This document shows positions 27,940 through 37,984 of a stretch of DNA of 64,000 nucleotides, in pieces. The translations under genes were made by a program, and so were the position numbers. A model generated the notes under the pieces. It saw only the letters and a list, made by a program, of their open reading frames with translations, was not told where the DNA came from and searched no databases. Every line of letters begins with the position of its first letter. The stretch's first letter is position 1. Source of the stretch: Nitrososphaeria archaeon (GTDB lineage Archaea; Thermoproteota; Nitrososphaeria; Geothermarchaeales; JDFR-13); contig JALWXN010000004.1 in assembly GCA_027078545.1 (NCBI GenBank), positions 576,001 to 640,000 on the forward strand, in the 5' to 3' direction.

Positions 27940-28668
27940 TGGGGGCTCGGTATCCACCTCCCCCTGGATGATGACCCCCTCCCCTTTATACCTCTCCCTC
28001 ACCCTCGATACCTCTCTCCATACCCTGCCTGGCAGCCTATCCTTCACTCCTCCAATGACGTCGATGATGGTCTCTATCGCCCTGTCTACATCCACCTCTA
28101 TGAAGCTGGAGAGGTTCGCCGGGTTATACTTGGCGGGGGTCACCCTACCACTCTCCACCAGGTCCCACCTCGGCCTAGTTATCCGTCTCAGCAGGTCTAT
28201 ATCGGACGCTACCAGTAGGGTGGCGTGGAAGAGTGTCGCCCTACCTATCCAGGCGGAGCTCCCGGAGACCTTGTAGCCCTTGACCACAACGTCACTCATG
28301 TTCTCCACGTGGCTCTCAAGGCCTAGGCTCGATAGTATCCTACGTATAAGCCCGGTGCCCTCACTGTATATCCAGGCTATGTCCATTACTCGCCGGGGCC
28401 AGTAGATACTAATGTTTATATTACCCATGTCGTGGTACACAGCGCCTCCACCTGAGAACCTCCTAAGGACTGGTATGCCATTCCTCCTGGCGAGGCCTAG
28501 ATCCACCTCTAGGGCGGGGTCTGTAGAGACGCCGATAATTACTGATGGCCTGTTTATCCATACCCTGTAAAGCGTCTCGCCAGTCTCTATGGCCAGCCCT
28601 AGGATTGCCTCCTCCATAGCCAGGTTTGTTAGGGGGTCTCCGCCATAGGTATGGAATATCCTCGCCAA
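27925..28668 (-). CDS. lplA: lipoate-protein ligase A, catalytic domain only
   Basis: RRFSGGGAVYHD.GN, KVSGS, HATLL; adjacent to the E1-E3 operon. Confidence 0.88.
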   Translation of the reverse strand: MARIFHTYGGDPLTNLAMEEAILGLAIETGETLYRVWINRPSVIIGVSTDPALEVDLGLARRNGIPVLRRFSGGGAVYHDMGNINISIYWPRRVMDIAWIYSEGTGLIRRILSSLGLESHVENMSDVVVKGYKVSGSSAWIGRATLFHATLLVASDIDLLRRITRPRWDLVESGRVTPAKYNPANLSSFIEVDVDRAIETIIDVIGGVKDRLPGRVWREVSRVRERYKGEGVIIQGEVDTEPPLLLL

Positions 28669-28713
28669 CTCCCCACCCCAATTAATATGACTCTGGCCGG
28701 GATACTATCTATC

Positions 28714-29148
28714 ATGGCATGCATATTCTGCGCAATAGCCAGTGGTGAGATACCGTCTTGGCAGGTATATAGTGATGATGACGCCCTGGTGATACTCGAC
28801 AAGTATCCAGTCTCCAAGGGACACCTCCTAATCATACCTAGGAAGCACTACCAGGGCGTTGAGGACGTCCCCATGTCACTAGCCGATAAGCTCTGGAGAC
28901 TGGCCACAGCCCTGGCCAAGGTATATAGGAACGAGTTGAGGGCTACGGGGGTGAACATAGTCACGAATAGTGGGCGCCCAGCTGGGCAGGAGATATTCCA
29001 CTTCCATATCCATGTGATTCCACGCTGGATCGAAGGGTTCCAGGGGATCTTCGGGCCTAGGCATGAGGTGGGGCCAGAGGAGGCTGAAGAGGTCCTCTCC
29101 ATGTGGAGGGGGAAGATTGATAAGCTTGTGAAGCTCCTCGAGGAGTAG
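28714..29148 (+). CDS. HIT family protein (Hint-like)
   Basis: CIFC, GH.LIIP, AGQEIFHFHIH; start moved to ATG 28714. Confidence 0.9.
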   Translation: MACIFCAIASGEIPSWQVYSDDDALVILDKYPVSKGHLLIIPRKHYQGVEDVPMSLADKLWRLATALAKVYRNELRATGVNIVTNSGRPAGQEIFHFHIHVIPRWIEGFQGIFGPRHEVGPEEAEEVLSMWRGKIDKLVKLLEE

Positions 29149-29252
29149 TTTCGAGCCCCTGATCAGTAACTAGGTATATACAGATCCCCGATAGGATAAA
29201 CAATAAACACCTCGGGCTTAGATTGGCGAGCCAATTATTAGGTAGGGATGGT

Positions 29253-29663
29253 ATGATAGGGGAGATCGAGCGCCTAGTCAAGAGTATACGTGGGGGCGAC
29301 CTTGAGGCTGTGAGGAGGCTGTTGATGATCCTATCCAGCCTCGTCCCACCAGGAATTGACAACATGATCCACCTTGTGGATAAGGAGCAGTACTCACTCT
29401 ACCTATCCAGCGAGGGCCTGAAGACAGTGATGGTGGCTAGGGGTGAGTTCCTACCCTTCATAGAGTCCCATGTAGCCAAGATGAGCTTCGAGCGACTCAG
29501 TGATGAGGACTTGGAGAAGATAGGTGGGAGGATCGGCGAGATTCTTGGGGAGCTTAGAGTAAACCTTGGGAAGTGGCTGGAATACGACTTGGAGGATAGC
29601 CCGCTCTATGAGAAGGCGTTGGAGTACGTGGAGTGGTACGACTCCGTCGGCAAGTCCCTATAG
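29253..29663 (+). CDS. hypothetical protein
   Basis: ORF with host-like codon usage; no recognisable motif. Confidence 0.6.
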   Translation: MIGEIERLVKSIRGGDLEAVRRLLMILSSLVPPGIDNMIHLVDKEQYSLYLSSEGLKTVMVARGEFLPFIESHVAKMSFERLSDEDLEKIGGRIGEILGELRVNLGKWLEYDLEDSPLYEKALEYVEWYDSVGKSL

Positions 29664-30214
29664 ATAAATGTCCTTGCCAATACCCATAGGTCTAGGAGGA
29701 TCGTTTCATAGATCTCTATCAGGGCTGCGGATGGCCAGTCGATAAATGTTCCTAGGAGCATCAGGAGGAATATAGCTATACATATCCTGCTGTAGAGCCT
29801 CTCCCTACCCCATGTACCAAGCCCCATGGCCAGTATTGCGAGGCCCATCTGTACGAAGAAGTATGTCGAGACGAATATGTGTGGCCTGGTCCCTCCGGGG
29901 AAGACGCCTATAAGGGCTAGGAATATCCCCCCTATGAATACGTATCCACCTCCCACGGTCTCTAGCTTACCCTTCGATCTGTATACGAGGTATCCCGAGT
30001 AGAGCATGATTATGAGGCCGGTCACGATGAGCCCATAGTTGTATATCCAAGGCATATTAGCCTCCTCAACCCCGAGGTCGCTCAGGGCGTCCCTCCATGG
30101 GTCGAACCAGGGGTTGACTGCTATCGAGGTGGATATGAAGATCCAGGCGGTTATAGCGGCTAATAGCCCAGTATATCTCCATAGCATGAGAAGAGGTCCA
30201 GGGGTGATCCTCAT
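29606..30214 (-). CDS. DUF998-like membrane protein
   Basis: NPWF...ALSDLG, LALIGVFP..T.PH. Confidence 0.75.
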   Translation of the reverse strand: MRITPGPLLMLWRYTGLLAAITAWIFISTSIAVNPWFDPWRDALSDLGVEEANMPWIYNYGLIVTGLIIMLYSGYLVYRSKGKLETVGGGYVFIGGIFLALIGVFPGGTRPHIFVSTYFFVQMGLAILAMGLGTWGRERLYSRICIAIFLLMLLGTFIDWPSAALIEIYETILLDLWVLARTFIYRDLPTESYHSTYSNAFS

Positions 30215-30269
30215 CTAGGGTCAAAGTGAAATATGTCTGGCCAGTGTTTATAGGTTGGGATGATGGGGT

Positions 30270-30974
30270 ATGATGCTACGGCAGCTCCTAGAGCTCTATG
30301 GTAAGAGGCATAACAGTAGGCTGATAATGGCTCTGGACGTTACTACAAACATGTACGAAGCATTAGCCATTGAGAACCTCTTGAACTCCGTCTCTAAAGA
30401 CCTGCTCGGGGTGAAGATCGGTGTCCCGACAATACTTTCATACGGCCTACAAACCATCTCGAAGTGGATAGACTCTGTAAACGATGTCCTATGGATAGTG
30501 GATCTAAAGCTGGCCGATATAGGATACGTGGCTAGACAGTCTATCGAGCAGGTGTATGAGGCCGGGTTCGACGCTGTTATCATGCATGGCTTCATAGGGT
30601 TTGAGGATGGCCTAGTAGAGGCTGTTGAGTATGCCTCCGACCTGGGGATATCGCCGATACTCGTGGCAGCAATGTCCCATAGGGGTGGGATGGAGTATCT
30701 AAACAGGGTCTCCGCAGACATGGTGATGCGGAGCCTCGAGATCGGGCTGGAGGGCTACGTCCTACCAGCCACCTACCCGATCCTGATCAAGATGTATAGG
30801 GGGATCGTTGGTGACAGGGTTATAATAGCCCCGGGCGTAGGTGCGCAGGGAGCGAGGCCCAGGGTGGCTATTGAGCATGGCGCCGATGCTGAGATCGTGG
30901 GTAGGCGGATTTATATGGCCGACGACCCTATTTCAGAGGTGAAGAGGCTCCACGGTGTCTTGACATGGCGGTAG
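30270..30974 (+). CDS. pyrF: orotidine 5'-phosphate decarboxylase
   Basis: MALD, KIG, DLKLADI, PGVGAQG, IVGR. Confidence 0.93.
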   Translation: MMLRQLLELYGKRHNSRLIMALDVTTNMYEALAIENLLNSVSKDLLGVKIGVPTILSYGLQTISKWIDSVNDVLWIVDLKLADIGYVARQSIEQVYEAGFDAVIMHGFIGFEDGLVEAVEYASDLGISPILVAAMSHRGGMEYLNRVSADMVMRSLEIGLEGYVLPATYPILIKMYRGIVGDRVIIAPGVGAQGARPRVAIEHGADAEIVGRRIYMADDPISEVKRLHGVLTWR

Positions 30975-31576
30975 ATGTCCTATGGGAGGAGCTTATCCAC
31001 GACCTATATAAAAACGGCTTCATCCTCTTCGGTGAATACACACTCTCATCCGGTATGAAGAGCCCATATTACATCGATCTGAGGATGGCCCTATCCGTGC
31101 CGAGCATCCTCCGTAAGGTCGCCTCGCTATATAGGTATGAGGCATTCCACTGCTGCAAGTTCGACGCTGTAGCCGGTATCGAGGTGGGCTCGATACCGAT
31201 AGCCGGTATACTTGCCTATACAATGGATGTCCCAATGGTATATGTGAGGAAGAGTGCCAAGGAGTATGCAACCAAGAAGTTTGTAGAGGGGAGGCTCCAG
31301 AGGGGCTGGAGGGTCCTCGTACTGGAAGACGTCTCCACAACTGGTAAGAGCATCCTACATGCTGTGGAGAAGCTTAGGGAGGAGGGTGCAGAGGTGAGCG
31401 ACGCAATAGTCTTTATAGACCGTGAGCAGGGTGCTAGTGAGAAGCTGGCCGAGGTGGGTGTCAGGCTCCACGCTGTATACACGGTCTCCAAGATATTCGA
31501 GGTTCTCTACAGGGCTGGATACATAGATGAGGAGACGTATTCAAGGGTAATGAACTATATAGCTTCGCAGAGATGA
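30965..31576 (+). CDS. pyrE: orotate phosphoribosyltransferase
   Basis: [25 protein letters not shown] site. Confidence 0.95.
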   Translation: MAVDVLWEELIHDLYKNGFILFGEYTLSSGMKSPYYIDLRMALSVPSILRKVASLYRYEAFHCCKFDAVAGIEVGSIPIAGILAYTMDVPMVYVRKSAKEYATKKFVEGRLQRGWRVLVLEDVSTTGKSILHAVEKLREEGAEVSDAIVFIDREQGASEKLAEVGVRLHAVYTVSKIFEVLYRAGYIDEETYSRVMNYIASQR

Positions 31577-32490
31577 CCTGGCGGGGCCGAGACGTAATAA
31601 ACATCCTAGACTTCCGGAGGGATGATCTCGACCGGCTCTTCAGCCTGACTGATCAGCTCGTCGAGTCTGACTATAGGGCCCCGGACCTATCTGGGAGGTC
31701 TGTAGCCCTCATCTTCCTAGAGCCTAGTACAAGGACTATGTACAGCTTCTACTCAGCCGTGAATAGGCTGGGCGGCTCAGTACTCCCGCTTAGCATGGCG
31801 GAGGCTACCTCGATAGCCAAGGGCGAGTCCCTAGCCGATACCATACGTATGTTCGACTCCTATGCAGACCTCCTAGTTATCAGGGATAAGAGGGAGGGTG
31901 CTGCATACTACGCCGCCGAGGTGGCGGAATCCCCGGTCATAAATGCGGGTGACGGTGCACATAACCATCCTACACAGGCGATGATCGACCTATACACGAT
32001 AAATAGGCTCAAGGGTGGGGTCGACGGCCTAACCATAGGCGTTTTGGGAGACCTGAAGTATGGGAGGGCGGCGGCCTCCTTCATACTGGGACTCACCCTC
32101 TACAAGCCGGGGAGGATAGTCCTGATAAGCCCTGAGGAGCTCCGCCTCAAGAGTGAGGTTCGGGACTACCTAGACTCTAGAGGTGTCGAGTATTTAGAGA
32201 CGAGTAGCTTGAGGGACGTGGTGCCGGAGCTGGATGTACTGTATGTGACCAGGATTCAGAAGGAGCGTTTCCCAGACCCCCTCGAGTATGAGAGGGTTCG
32301 GGGCAGCTACCGGGTAGACCTCGAGGCGTTGAGTGGGGCTAAGGAGGATCTAATTATTCTCCACCCCCTCCCCAGGGTCGATGAGATAGCTGTCGAGGTC
32401 GATGACACCCCCTATGCGAAGTATTTCCTCCAGGCTAGGTATGGGGTCTATATCCGTATGGCTCTGCTCAAGCTCGTCATGGGTGTATAG
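31573..32490 (+). CDS. pyrB: aspartate carbamoyltransferase catalytic subunit
   Basis: EPSTRT, HPTQ, TRIQKER, HPLP. Confidence 0.96.
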   Translation: MTWRGRDVINILDFRRDDLDRLFSLTDQLVESDYRAPDLSGRSVALIFLEPSTRTMYSFYSAVNRLGGSVLPLSMAEATSIAKGESLADTIRMFDSYADLLVIRDKREGAAYYAAEVAESPVINAGDGAHNHPTQAMIDLYTINRLKGGVDGLTIGVLGDLKYGRAAASFILGLTLYKPGRIVLISPEELRLKSEVRDYLDSRGVEYLETSSLRDVVPELDVLYVTRIQKERFPDPLEYERVRGSYRVDLEALSGAKEDLIILHPLPRVDEIAVEVDDTPYAKYFLQARYGVYIRMALLKLVMGV

Positions 32491-32492
32491 AG

Positions 32493-32972
32493 ATGGATGT
32501 GGAGAATGGTATCCTGGTTAGGAAGATTAGGATGGGTACCGTGATAGACCATATACCACCTGGGAGGGCATTCATCGTCCTCCGCCTACTAGGCCTCCAC
32601 CAGGAGCCTAGGAATAGGCTGGCCGTGATCGTGAACACGGATAGTAGGAAGCTGGGTAGGAAGGACATAATCAAGGTTGAGGGGATTCATATTAGGGGTG
32701 AGACCCTAAACAAGATAGCTCTCGTAGCCCCCGAAGCCACGGTCAACTATGTAGAGGGGTATAGGGTAGTGGAGAAGTTTAAGGTCCGCCTACCCGATGA
32801 GGTCGTAGGCGTCGTTAGGTGCTCAAACCCTAGATGCATATCCAACAGCCCAAGGGAGCATATCACGCCTAGGCTAGAGGTTGTTAGGCCATCCCCACTT
32901 AGGCTTAGATGCATATACTGTGAGCGATACACTGATTATGAAGACGTGATCAAACATTTCTTTGAGACATGA
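32493..32972 (+). CDS. pyrI: aspartate carbamoyltransferase regulatory subunit
   Basis: GTVIDHI, KDIIK, CSNPRC...CIYCE. Confidence 0.95.
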   Translation: MDVENGILVRKIRMGTVIDHIPPGRAFIVLRLLGLHQEPRNRLAVIVNTDSRKLGRKDIIKVEGIHIRGETLNKIALVAPEATVNYVEGYRVVEKFKVRLPDEVVGVVRCSNPRCISNSPREHITPRLEVVRPSPLRLRCIYCERYTDYEDVIKHFFET

Positions 32973-34207
32973 TCATATACGGCAAGGCATTCATAGAGGG
33001 TGGCGTCGTAGAGGCGTATATCAAGGTTGAGGACGGGGTCATAACCGGGATATCGAAGACCCTGGGACATGGTGAGAAGGTTGACCACGACTATATGAGG
33101 TGTGGACACCTAATACTCCCCGGCTTCATAGACATCCATACCCATATGAGGGACTTTGAGGAGAGTTATAAGGAGGACTTCTCAACCGGGACGATGGCTG
33201 CTGCGGCCGGCGGCGTCACGGTAGTGTTCGACATGCCCAACACGAGGCCTAGGAACAATACCCTAGCGGCTCTGGAGTGGAGGGATGACGTAGCGAATTC
33301 CAAGGCGTATGTCGACTATGGCATCATATACGGCGTCCCGAGGGATCTGGACGACCTGTTCGGCTATGAGGAGAGGGCTGTAGCCATGAAGGTATATCCA
33401 GACGACTTCGCAGAGAATAGCCTAGACCATATGAGCGACGTACTTATCTACAACTATGCCAAGGGTATCCCCACGATATTCCATGCGGAGGAGCCTAGGG
33501 GATATAGGGAGGGCAGGAAAGACCTATCGCTTGAGGTGGATTGGACGAGGTATGTAGCGGAATACACTAGCCAGATAGGTGTACAGACCCATATAACCCA
33601 TGTAACGTGTTGTAGCGTGGTTGATGAGGTCAGGGAGCTTAATCCTAGGGCGACTATAGACGTGACTCCCCATCACATAATGCTTAGTAGTGAGGATCTC
33701 CCACCGCCATATGGGAATGTGAGGCCTCCCCTCAGGAGCCGGGAATGTGTTGAGTGCCTCCTGAGAGACCTTGTATACGGCAGGGTAGACATGGTGGCTA
33801 CTGATCATGCCCCCCATACATGGGAGGAGAAGATGGATGGGGCGAATGGGTTCCCGGGGCTGGAGACCGCCTTCCCAATACTATCCACCCTACGGTATAG
33901 GGGCTTCATATCAGTCAGCGATATCGTGAGGCTCTACTCCTATAGACCTGCGGAGAGGTTCGGTCTTATAGATAGGTATGGAGCGATCAGGGAGGGTAGG
34001 TATGGGAGCCTAGTCGTGGTGGATCTAAACAGGGAGTATCGTATCGACCCATCCAAGTTCTTCTCAAAGGCTAGGCATAGCCCCTTCAAGGATATGGAGG
34101 TTAGGGGGGCAGTTGTAGCCACATTCGTGAGGGGTGAGCCTGTATACCTAGACGGCGAGATAGTGGGTGTGAAGGGGTATGGAGAGAATGTTAGGAGGCT
34201 GCTGTAA
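32969..34207 (+). CDS. pyrC: dihydroorotase
   Basis: DIHTH.R, DMPNT, HAE, TDHAPH. Confidence 0.93.
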   Translation: MIIYGKAFIEGGVVEAYIKVEDGVITGISKTLGHGEKVDHDYMRCGHLILPGFIDIHTHMRDFEESYKEDFSTGTMAAAAGGVTVVFDMPNTRPRNNTLAALEWRDDVANSKAYVDYGIIYGVPRDLDDLFGYEERAVAMKVYPDDFAENSLDHMSDVLIYNYAKGIPTIFHAEEPRGYREGRKDLSLEVDWTRYVAEYTSQIGVQTHITHVTCCSVVDEVRELNPRATIDVTPHHIMLSSEDLPPPYGNVRPPLRSRECVECLLRDLVYGRVDMVATDHAPHTWEEKMDGANGFPGLETAFPILSTLRYRGFISVSDIVRLYSYRPAERFGLIDRYGAIREGRYGSLVVVDLNREYRIDPSKFFSKARHSPFKDMEVRGAVVATFVRGEPVYLDGEIVGVKGYGENVRRLL

Positions 34208-34943
34208 AGATAGTCTTTACCAAGAGGCCGTCGTGACTAGGGTCGACCGGAGGGGGGATGTGGCCAACCTATACCTAGACATATCCCTAGAAACCATTCC
34301 TGGCCAGTTCGTGATGGTCTGGCTACCCGGGCTGGAGGAGGTGCCCATGGCCCCATCCGACGATGACCCCCTCAGGATCACGGTTAAGGCTGTGGGGAGG
34401 ACCACTAGGAGGCTGGTTGGGATGGAGGCTGGGGATAGGCTCTATATCCGGGGGCCCTATGGGAGGGGATTCACACTGAGGAGTGGTAGGCCCCTATTGG
34501 TTGGAGGGGGTGTAGGTGCTGCCCCCCTCATACTGCTTGCTAAGAAGCTTGCAGAGATGGGTGTTGAGGGTGTATATGTCGAGGGGCAGCCAACAGGGGA
34601 TATGGAGCTCTTCATAGGGGAGGCTCTAGAGCTGGGGTGGGAAGCCATACTCTACACAGAGGATGGGTCGATGGGTCATAAGGGGTTCCCCACACAGTAT
34701 GTAGAGGAGAACCTAGGGGGCTTCACAGGTATATATGCCTGTGGCCCAGAGCCGATGAATAGGGCGGTTCTCAGGCTGTGTAGAGATGGTATTCCCTGTG
34801 AAGTCTCTATGGAGAGGGTAGTCAAGTGTGGAGTGGGTGTCTGCGGCTCATGCGTGATAGAGGGGACTGGGCTCCTAGTCTGTCTAGACGGCCCCGTGTT
34901 TAGGGCTGATGAGCTGATTAGGAGGGGGTATCCAGGTGGCTAG
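34179..34943 (+). CDS. pyrK: dihydroorotate dehydrogenase electron transfer subunit
   Basis: PGQFVM, RGPYG, GGGVG, CGP, CGVGVCGSC...C. Confidence 0.92.
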   Translation: MERMLGGCCKDSLYQEAVVTRVDRRGDVANLYLDISLETIPGQFVMVWLPGLEEVPMAPSDDDPLRITVKAVGRTTRRLVGMEAGDRLYIRGPYGRGFTLRSGRPLLVGGGVGAAPLILLAKKLAEMGVEGVYVEGQPTGDMELFIGEALELGWEAILYTEDGSMGHKGFPTQYVEENLGGFTGIYACGPEPMNRAVLRLCRDGIPCEVSMERVVKCGVGVCGSCVIEGTGLLVCLDGPVFRADELIRRGYPGG

Positions 34944-35841
34944 GGATCTATCCACGAGGCTGGGTAGTCTATCGCTGAGGAACCCGTTGGTACTTGCCTC
35001 TGGCTTCATAGGTAGTGATGAGAGCCTATTGAGAAGAGCCTGGGAAGCAGGTTTTGGAGCTGTGACCACGAAGAGCCTGACCCCGAGGCCCCGTAAGGGC
35101 TACGACCCACCTATAGTCGTGGATCTCGGCTATGGCTATTTGAACGCGGTCGGCCTGGCAAACCCTGGGATAGAGTATCTTCCCAGGCTATTATCACTAC
35201 TCCCGGAGGACGCCGTGGTCATACTCAGTATTGCGGGGGCTACTCCGGATGACTTCCGCCGCTGTGCAGAGATCGGTGTAGAGAATAATGTCGACGCTGT
35301 AGAGCTGAACCTCAGCTGCCCCCATGTGAAGGGGATGGGGATGGATATCGTTGAGGATGTGGGCTACTCCCTAGAGATCATCGAGGAGGTGGTCTCCCTA
35401 GGTAGGCCTGTATATGTCAAGCTGGGCCTCACCGACACGTACCTGGAGCTTGTGGCTAGGAGCCTGGACAAGGGGGTGGAGGGCTTCACAGTCATGAATA
35501 CTGTGAGGGGGTTGGCCATAGATATCGAGAGTGGATGGCCCATACTAAGCAATGTATATGGCGGGCTAAGCGGCCCCGCGATACACCCAATAGCCCTCAG
35601 GATGGTCCACGAGATCTACGGCGAGTATAGAGTCCCGATCATCGGGACTGGCGGTGTGACGAGCTGGCGCGAGGCGGTAGCGATGCTCTACGCCGGGGCA
35701 TCCGCAGTGGGTATAGGCTCATACCTCTTCAACCGGAAAGTGGAGGCTATAGGGGATATCCTCAAGGGTATCGAGCATCATATGGAGAGGAAGGGCTTCA
35801 AAGACATCGCCTCAATGGTGGGGTATAGCCACCATAGATAG
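34936..35841 (+). CDS. pyrD: dihydroorotate dehydrogenase B catalytic subunit
   Basis: NPLVLASG, NAVGLAN, ELNLSCPH, GGLSG. Confidence 0.94.
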   Translation: MARDLSTRLGSLSLRNPLVLASGFIGSDESLLRRAWEAGFGAVTTKSLTPRPRKGYDPPIVVDLGYGYLNAVGLANPGIEYLPRLLSLLPEDAVVILSIAGATPDDFRRCAEIGVENNVDAVELNLSCPHVKGMGMDIVEDVGYSLEIIEEVVSLGRPVYVKLGLTDTYLELVARSLDKGVEGFTVMNTVRGLAIDIESGWPILSNVYGGLSGPAIHPIALRMVHEIYGEYRVPIIGTGGVTSWREAVAMLYAGASAVGIGSYLFNRKVEAIGDILKGIEHHMERKGFKDIASMVGYSHHR

Positions 35842-35865
35842 AGAGGTGGTGTATGTCTAGGAGTG

Positions 35866-35896
35866 ATATTTAAATACTTCTAATACATTTAAATAT
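35866..35896 (+). promoter_or_regulatory. inverted-repeat operator/promoter of the vapBC pair
   Basis: ATATTTAAAT-11nt-ATTTAAATAT immediately before ATG 35903. Confidence 0.5.
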
Positions 35897-35902
35897 TTCG
35901 CA

Positions 35903-36136
35903 ATGAGTAGGACTCGGGTCGTGACTGTGAGTATTGATGAGGAGCTCTATGAGAGGCTTAAGGAGTATGCTAGGAGGAGATATGGGGGTGGAAAGGGCTC
36001 TATAAAGAAGGCTCTGGAGGAGTTTATCAGGAGTGGGCTTGAGGGCTCTACTGACGACCTTCTTAGGAGGCTTGAGAGGGGCTATAGGCTGGGAGGCCCA
36101 CTTTCTAGGGACGAGATCTATGGTGAGAGGTCTTGA
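35903..36136 (+). CDS. ribbon-helix-helix antitoxin (VapB-like)
   Basis: VVTVSIDEELYERLK RHH start, C-terminal SRDEIY; 4-bp overlap with the PIN gene. Confidence 0.8.
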   Translation: MSRTRVVTVSIDEELYERLKEYARRRYGGGKGSIKKALEEFIRSGLEGSTDDLLRRLERGYRLGGPLSRDEIYGERS

Positions 36137-36543
36137 TAGGGATAGATACGAACATACTCTTCTACTCCCTGGATAATAGTGATGTGGAGAAGCATAGGGT
36201 GGCGGTTAGGATAGTTAGGGATATTCTTGAGCATCCGGGTAGGTACTCAGTATCCCTACAGGTCTTGGGTGAGCTTGCATATACCCTGCATAGGAAGGCT
36301 GGGGGAGAGGCTTTGGAGACGGGTCTAGAGCTGATCGACCGTATCCTACGGATCCCAGTCTCTAAGCCGGTCTATGGGGAGGTTGAGATCCGCCTATCCC
36401 TTAGGCACCGTAGGTTCTGGGACGCCCTCCTAGCCTACACCTACCTCAACGCTGGGTGTACAAAGGTCTATACAGAGAATATCGGGGATATGCCCAGGAT
36501 AGGTGGGCTTGAGTACGTTGATCCATTCAAGGAGGGGGTCTAG
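36133..36543 (+). CDS. PIN-domain toxin (VapC-like)
   Basis: IDTNIL, QVLGE, FWDAL, YTEN, DPF. Confidence 0.88.
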   Translation: MIGIDTNILFYSLDNSDVEKHRVAVRIVRDILEHPGRYSVSLQVLGELAYTLHRKAGGEALETGLELIDRILRIPVSKPVYGEVEIRLSLRHRRFWDALLAYTYLNAGCTKVYTENIGDMPRIGGLEYVDPFKEGV

Positions 36544-37397
36544 AGGAGCCTAGAGATTATCAATCCTGTGTAGAGAAGGGCTAATGTCGGACTTGATATC
36601 TTAAAGCTCCTCCACGCAGTCTCCTCATCCAGCCTCCTATAGATGATGTAGGATGCGTAGACCAATAGGGCCGTCGATACATATGCAGTTACTTGGTATG
36701 GATAGGCGGTTATGTACATCGTTGACACTACTATTGCCGCTGCTGTGAGTAGGTAGAACAGTATTATCATCCTCTTTGTATACACGGGATCCTTTACCGA
36801 TGGTAGCATGGGGAGGCCCACCCTGCTGTACTCCTCTCTAACCCTGTAGGCCAGGCTCCAGAAGTGGCCGGGTGTCCAGAGGAATACTATGAGGGCTAGT
36901 ATTATCGGCTCGATGGATAGTGGCTTCCCAGCGGCTAGCCAGCCTGTTATAGTGGGCATAGAGCCTGCCCAGCCACCTATCACGGTGTTCCATATCGTCC
37001 TCTTCTTGAGGATGACGGTGTATATCACCACGTAGTAGAGCCCACCTATCAGGGCTGCGAGGGCGGCCCATGGGTTGAAGATCCATAGGAAGAGCCCTGT
37101 CCCGAGTATTAGCCATGTAATCCCGAGGATTATCGCCTGTCCAGGCATGATGGCCCCTTGTGGTATTGGTCTAAGGCTCGTCCTCCTCATGAGCCTGTCT
37201 ATGTCCCTATCGATATAGCTGTTCAGGGCGTTGGATCCGAAGACGGTCAGCACGCCTGCTATGAGGAAGAGGGCTATATATAGTGGGTCGAGGGTCTCAG
37301 CCGCATAGATATAGGTGGCTATAGCTGTGTAGACGAGTAGCCAGGTTATCCTCGGCTTACCCAGCCGTATAATATCTGCTAGTGTCGGCATCCCCAC
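36540..37397 (-). CDS. ctaB: protoheme IX farnesyltransferase (heme O synthase)
   Basis: KPRI, DRDIDRLMRRT..RP, WTPGHF. Confidence 0.93.
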   Translation of the reverse strand: MGMPTLADIIRLGKPRITWLLVYTAIATYIYAAETLDPLYIALFLIAGVLTVFGSNALNSYIDRDIDRLMRRTSLRPIPQGAIMPGQAIILGITWLILGTGLFLWIFNPWAALAALIGGLYYVVIYTVILKKRTIWNTVIGGWAGSMPTITGWLAAGKPLSIEPIILALIVFLWTPGHFWSLAYRVREEYSRVGLPMLPSVKDPVYTKRMIILFYLLTAAAIVVSTMYITAYPYQVTAYVSTALLVYASYIIYRRLDEETAWRSFKISSPTLALLYTGLIISRLL

Positions 37398-37407
37398 TCC
37401 CCATAGA

Positions 37408-37866
37408 CTACCTCCTCATTGATAGTGTGGCCAGCACGACCGAGGCGGCGAAGGTGGCCGATGCAACGGCCAGGTGTGTAGCTGATAGGAAGGGGTCTAG
37501 ATGGGTGGCCACTACGTACATCCCTATGGTTATCTGTATGAGGAGGAGTGTGTCCACTGCTATCAGTGCCAGCAGTAGTGGCTTGTCATGCCTATATCTG
37601 GCTAGAATGTAAATAGTGGCTCCAAGGGCGACCCAGCCGGTTAGGAAGGCTATTATCCTGTGGAAATACTCTAGGAATACCCTCATATCTGTGAAGAGGT
37701 CTGGAGGGATTAGGTATCCATTACAGAGTGGCCAGTCGGGGCCACAGCCCATACCCGCTCCATATGCTCTTACATAGCCTCCCCAGGCTATGGCTAGGAA
37801 TATCATCCCTGCATATGTGAGGGTAAGTATCTTTAGGGTTCTGGTTCCCCCACTCATCCTCATCAA
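37408..37866 (-). CDS. ctaA: single-module (half-size) heme A synthase
   Basis: GGYVR..GAGMGC.DWPLCNG, EYFHR, H in the last TM; 152 aa. Confidence 0.85.
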   Translation of the reverse strand: MMRMSGGTRTLKILTLTYAGMIFLAIAWGGYVRAYGAGMGCGPDWPLCNGYLIPPDLFTDMRVFLEYFHRIIAFLTGWVALGATIYILARYRHDKPLLLALIAVDTLLLIQITIGMYVVATHLDPFLSATHLAVASATFAASVVLATLSMRR

Positions 37867-37984
37867 CTATAACACTGTGATAAGTCTTATAAGGAATGGT
37901 ATGGTTTGGTATTTCCCCGGCTATACATTAGGACTCTCTATTAACTCTTAGTCAGAGCCTATTATTATGGTGTTGGTGGTCTTG

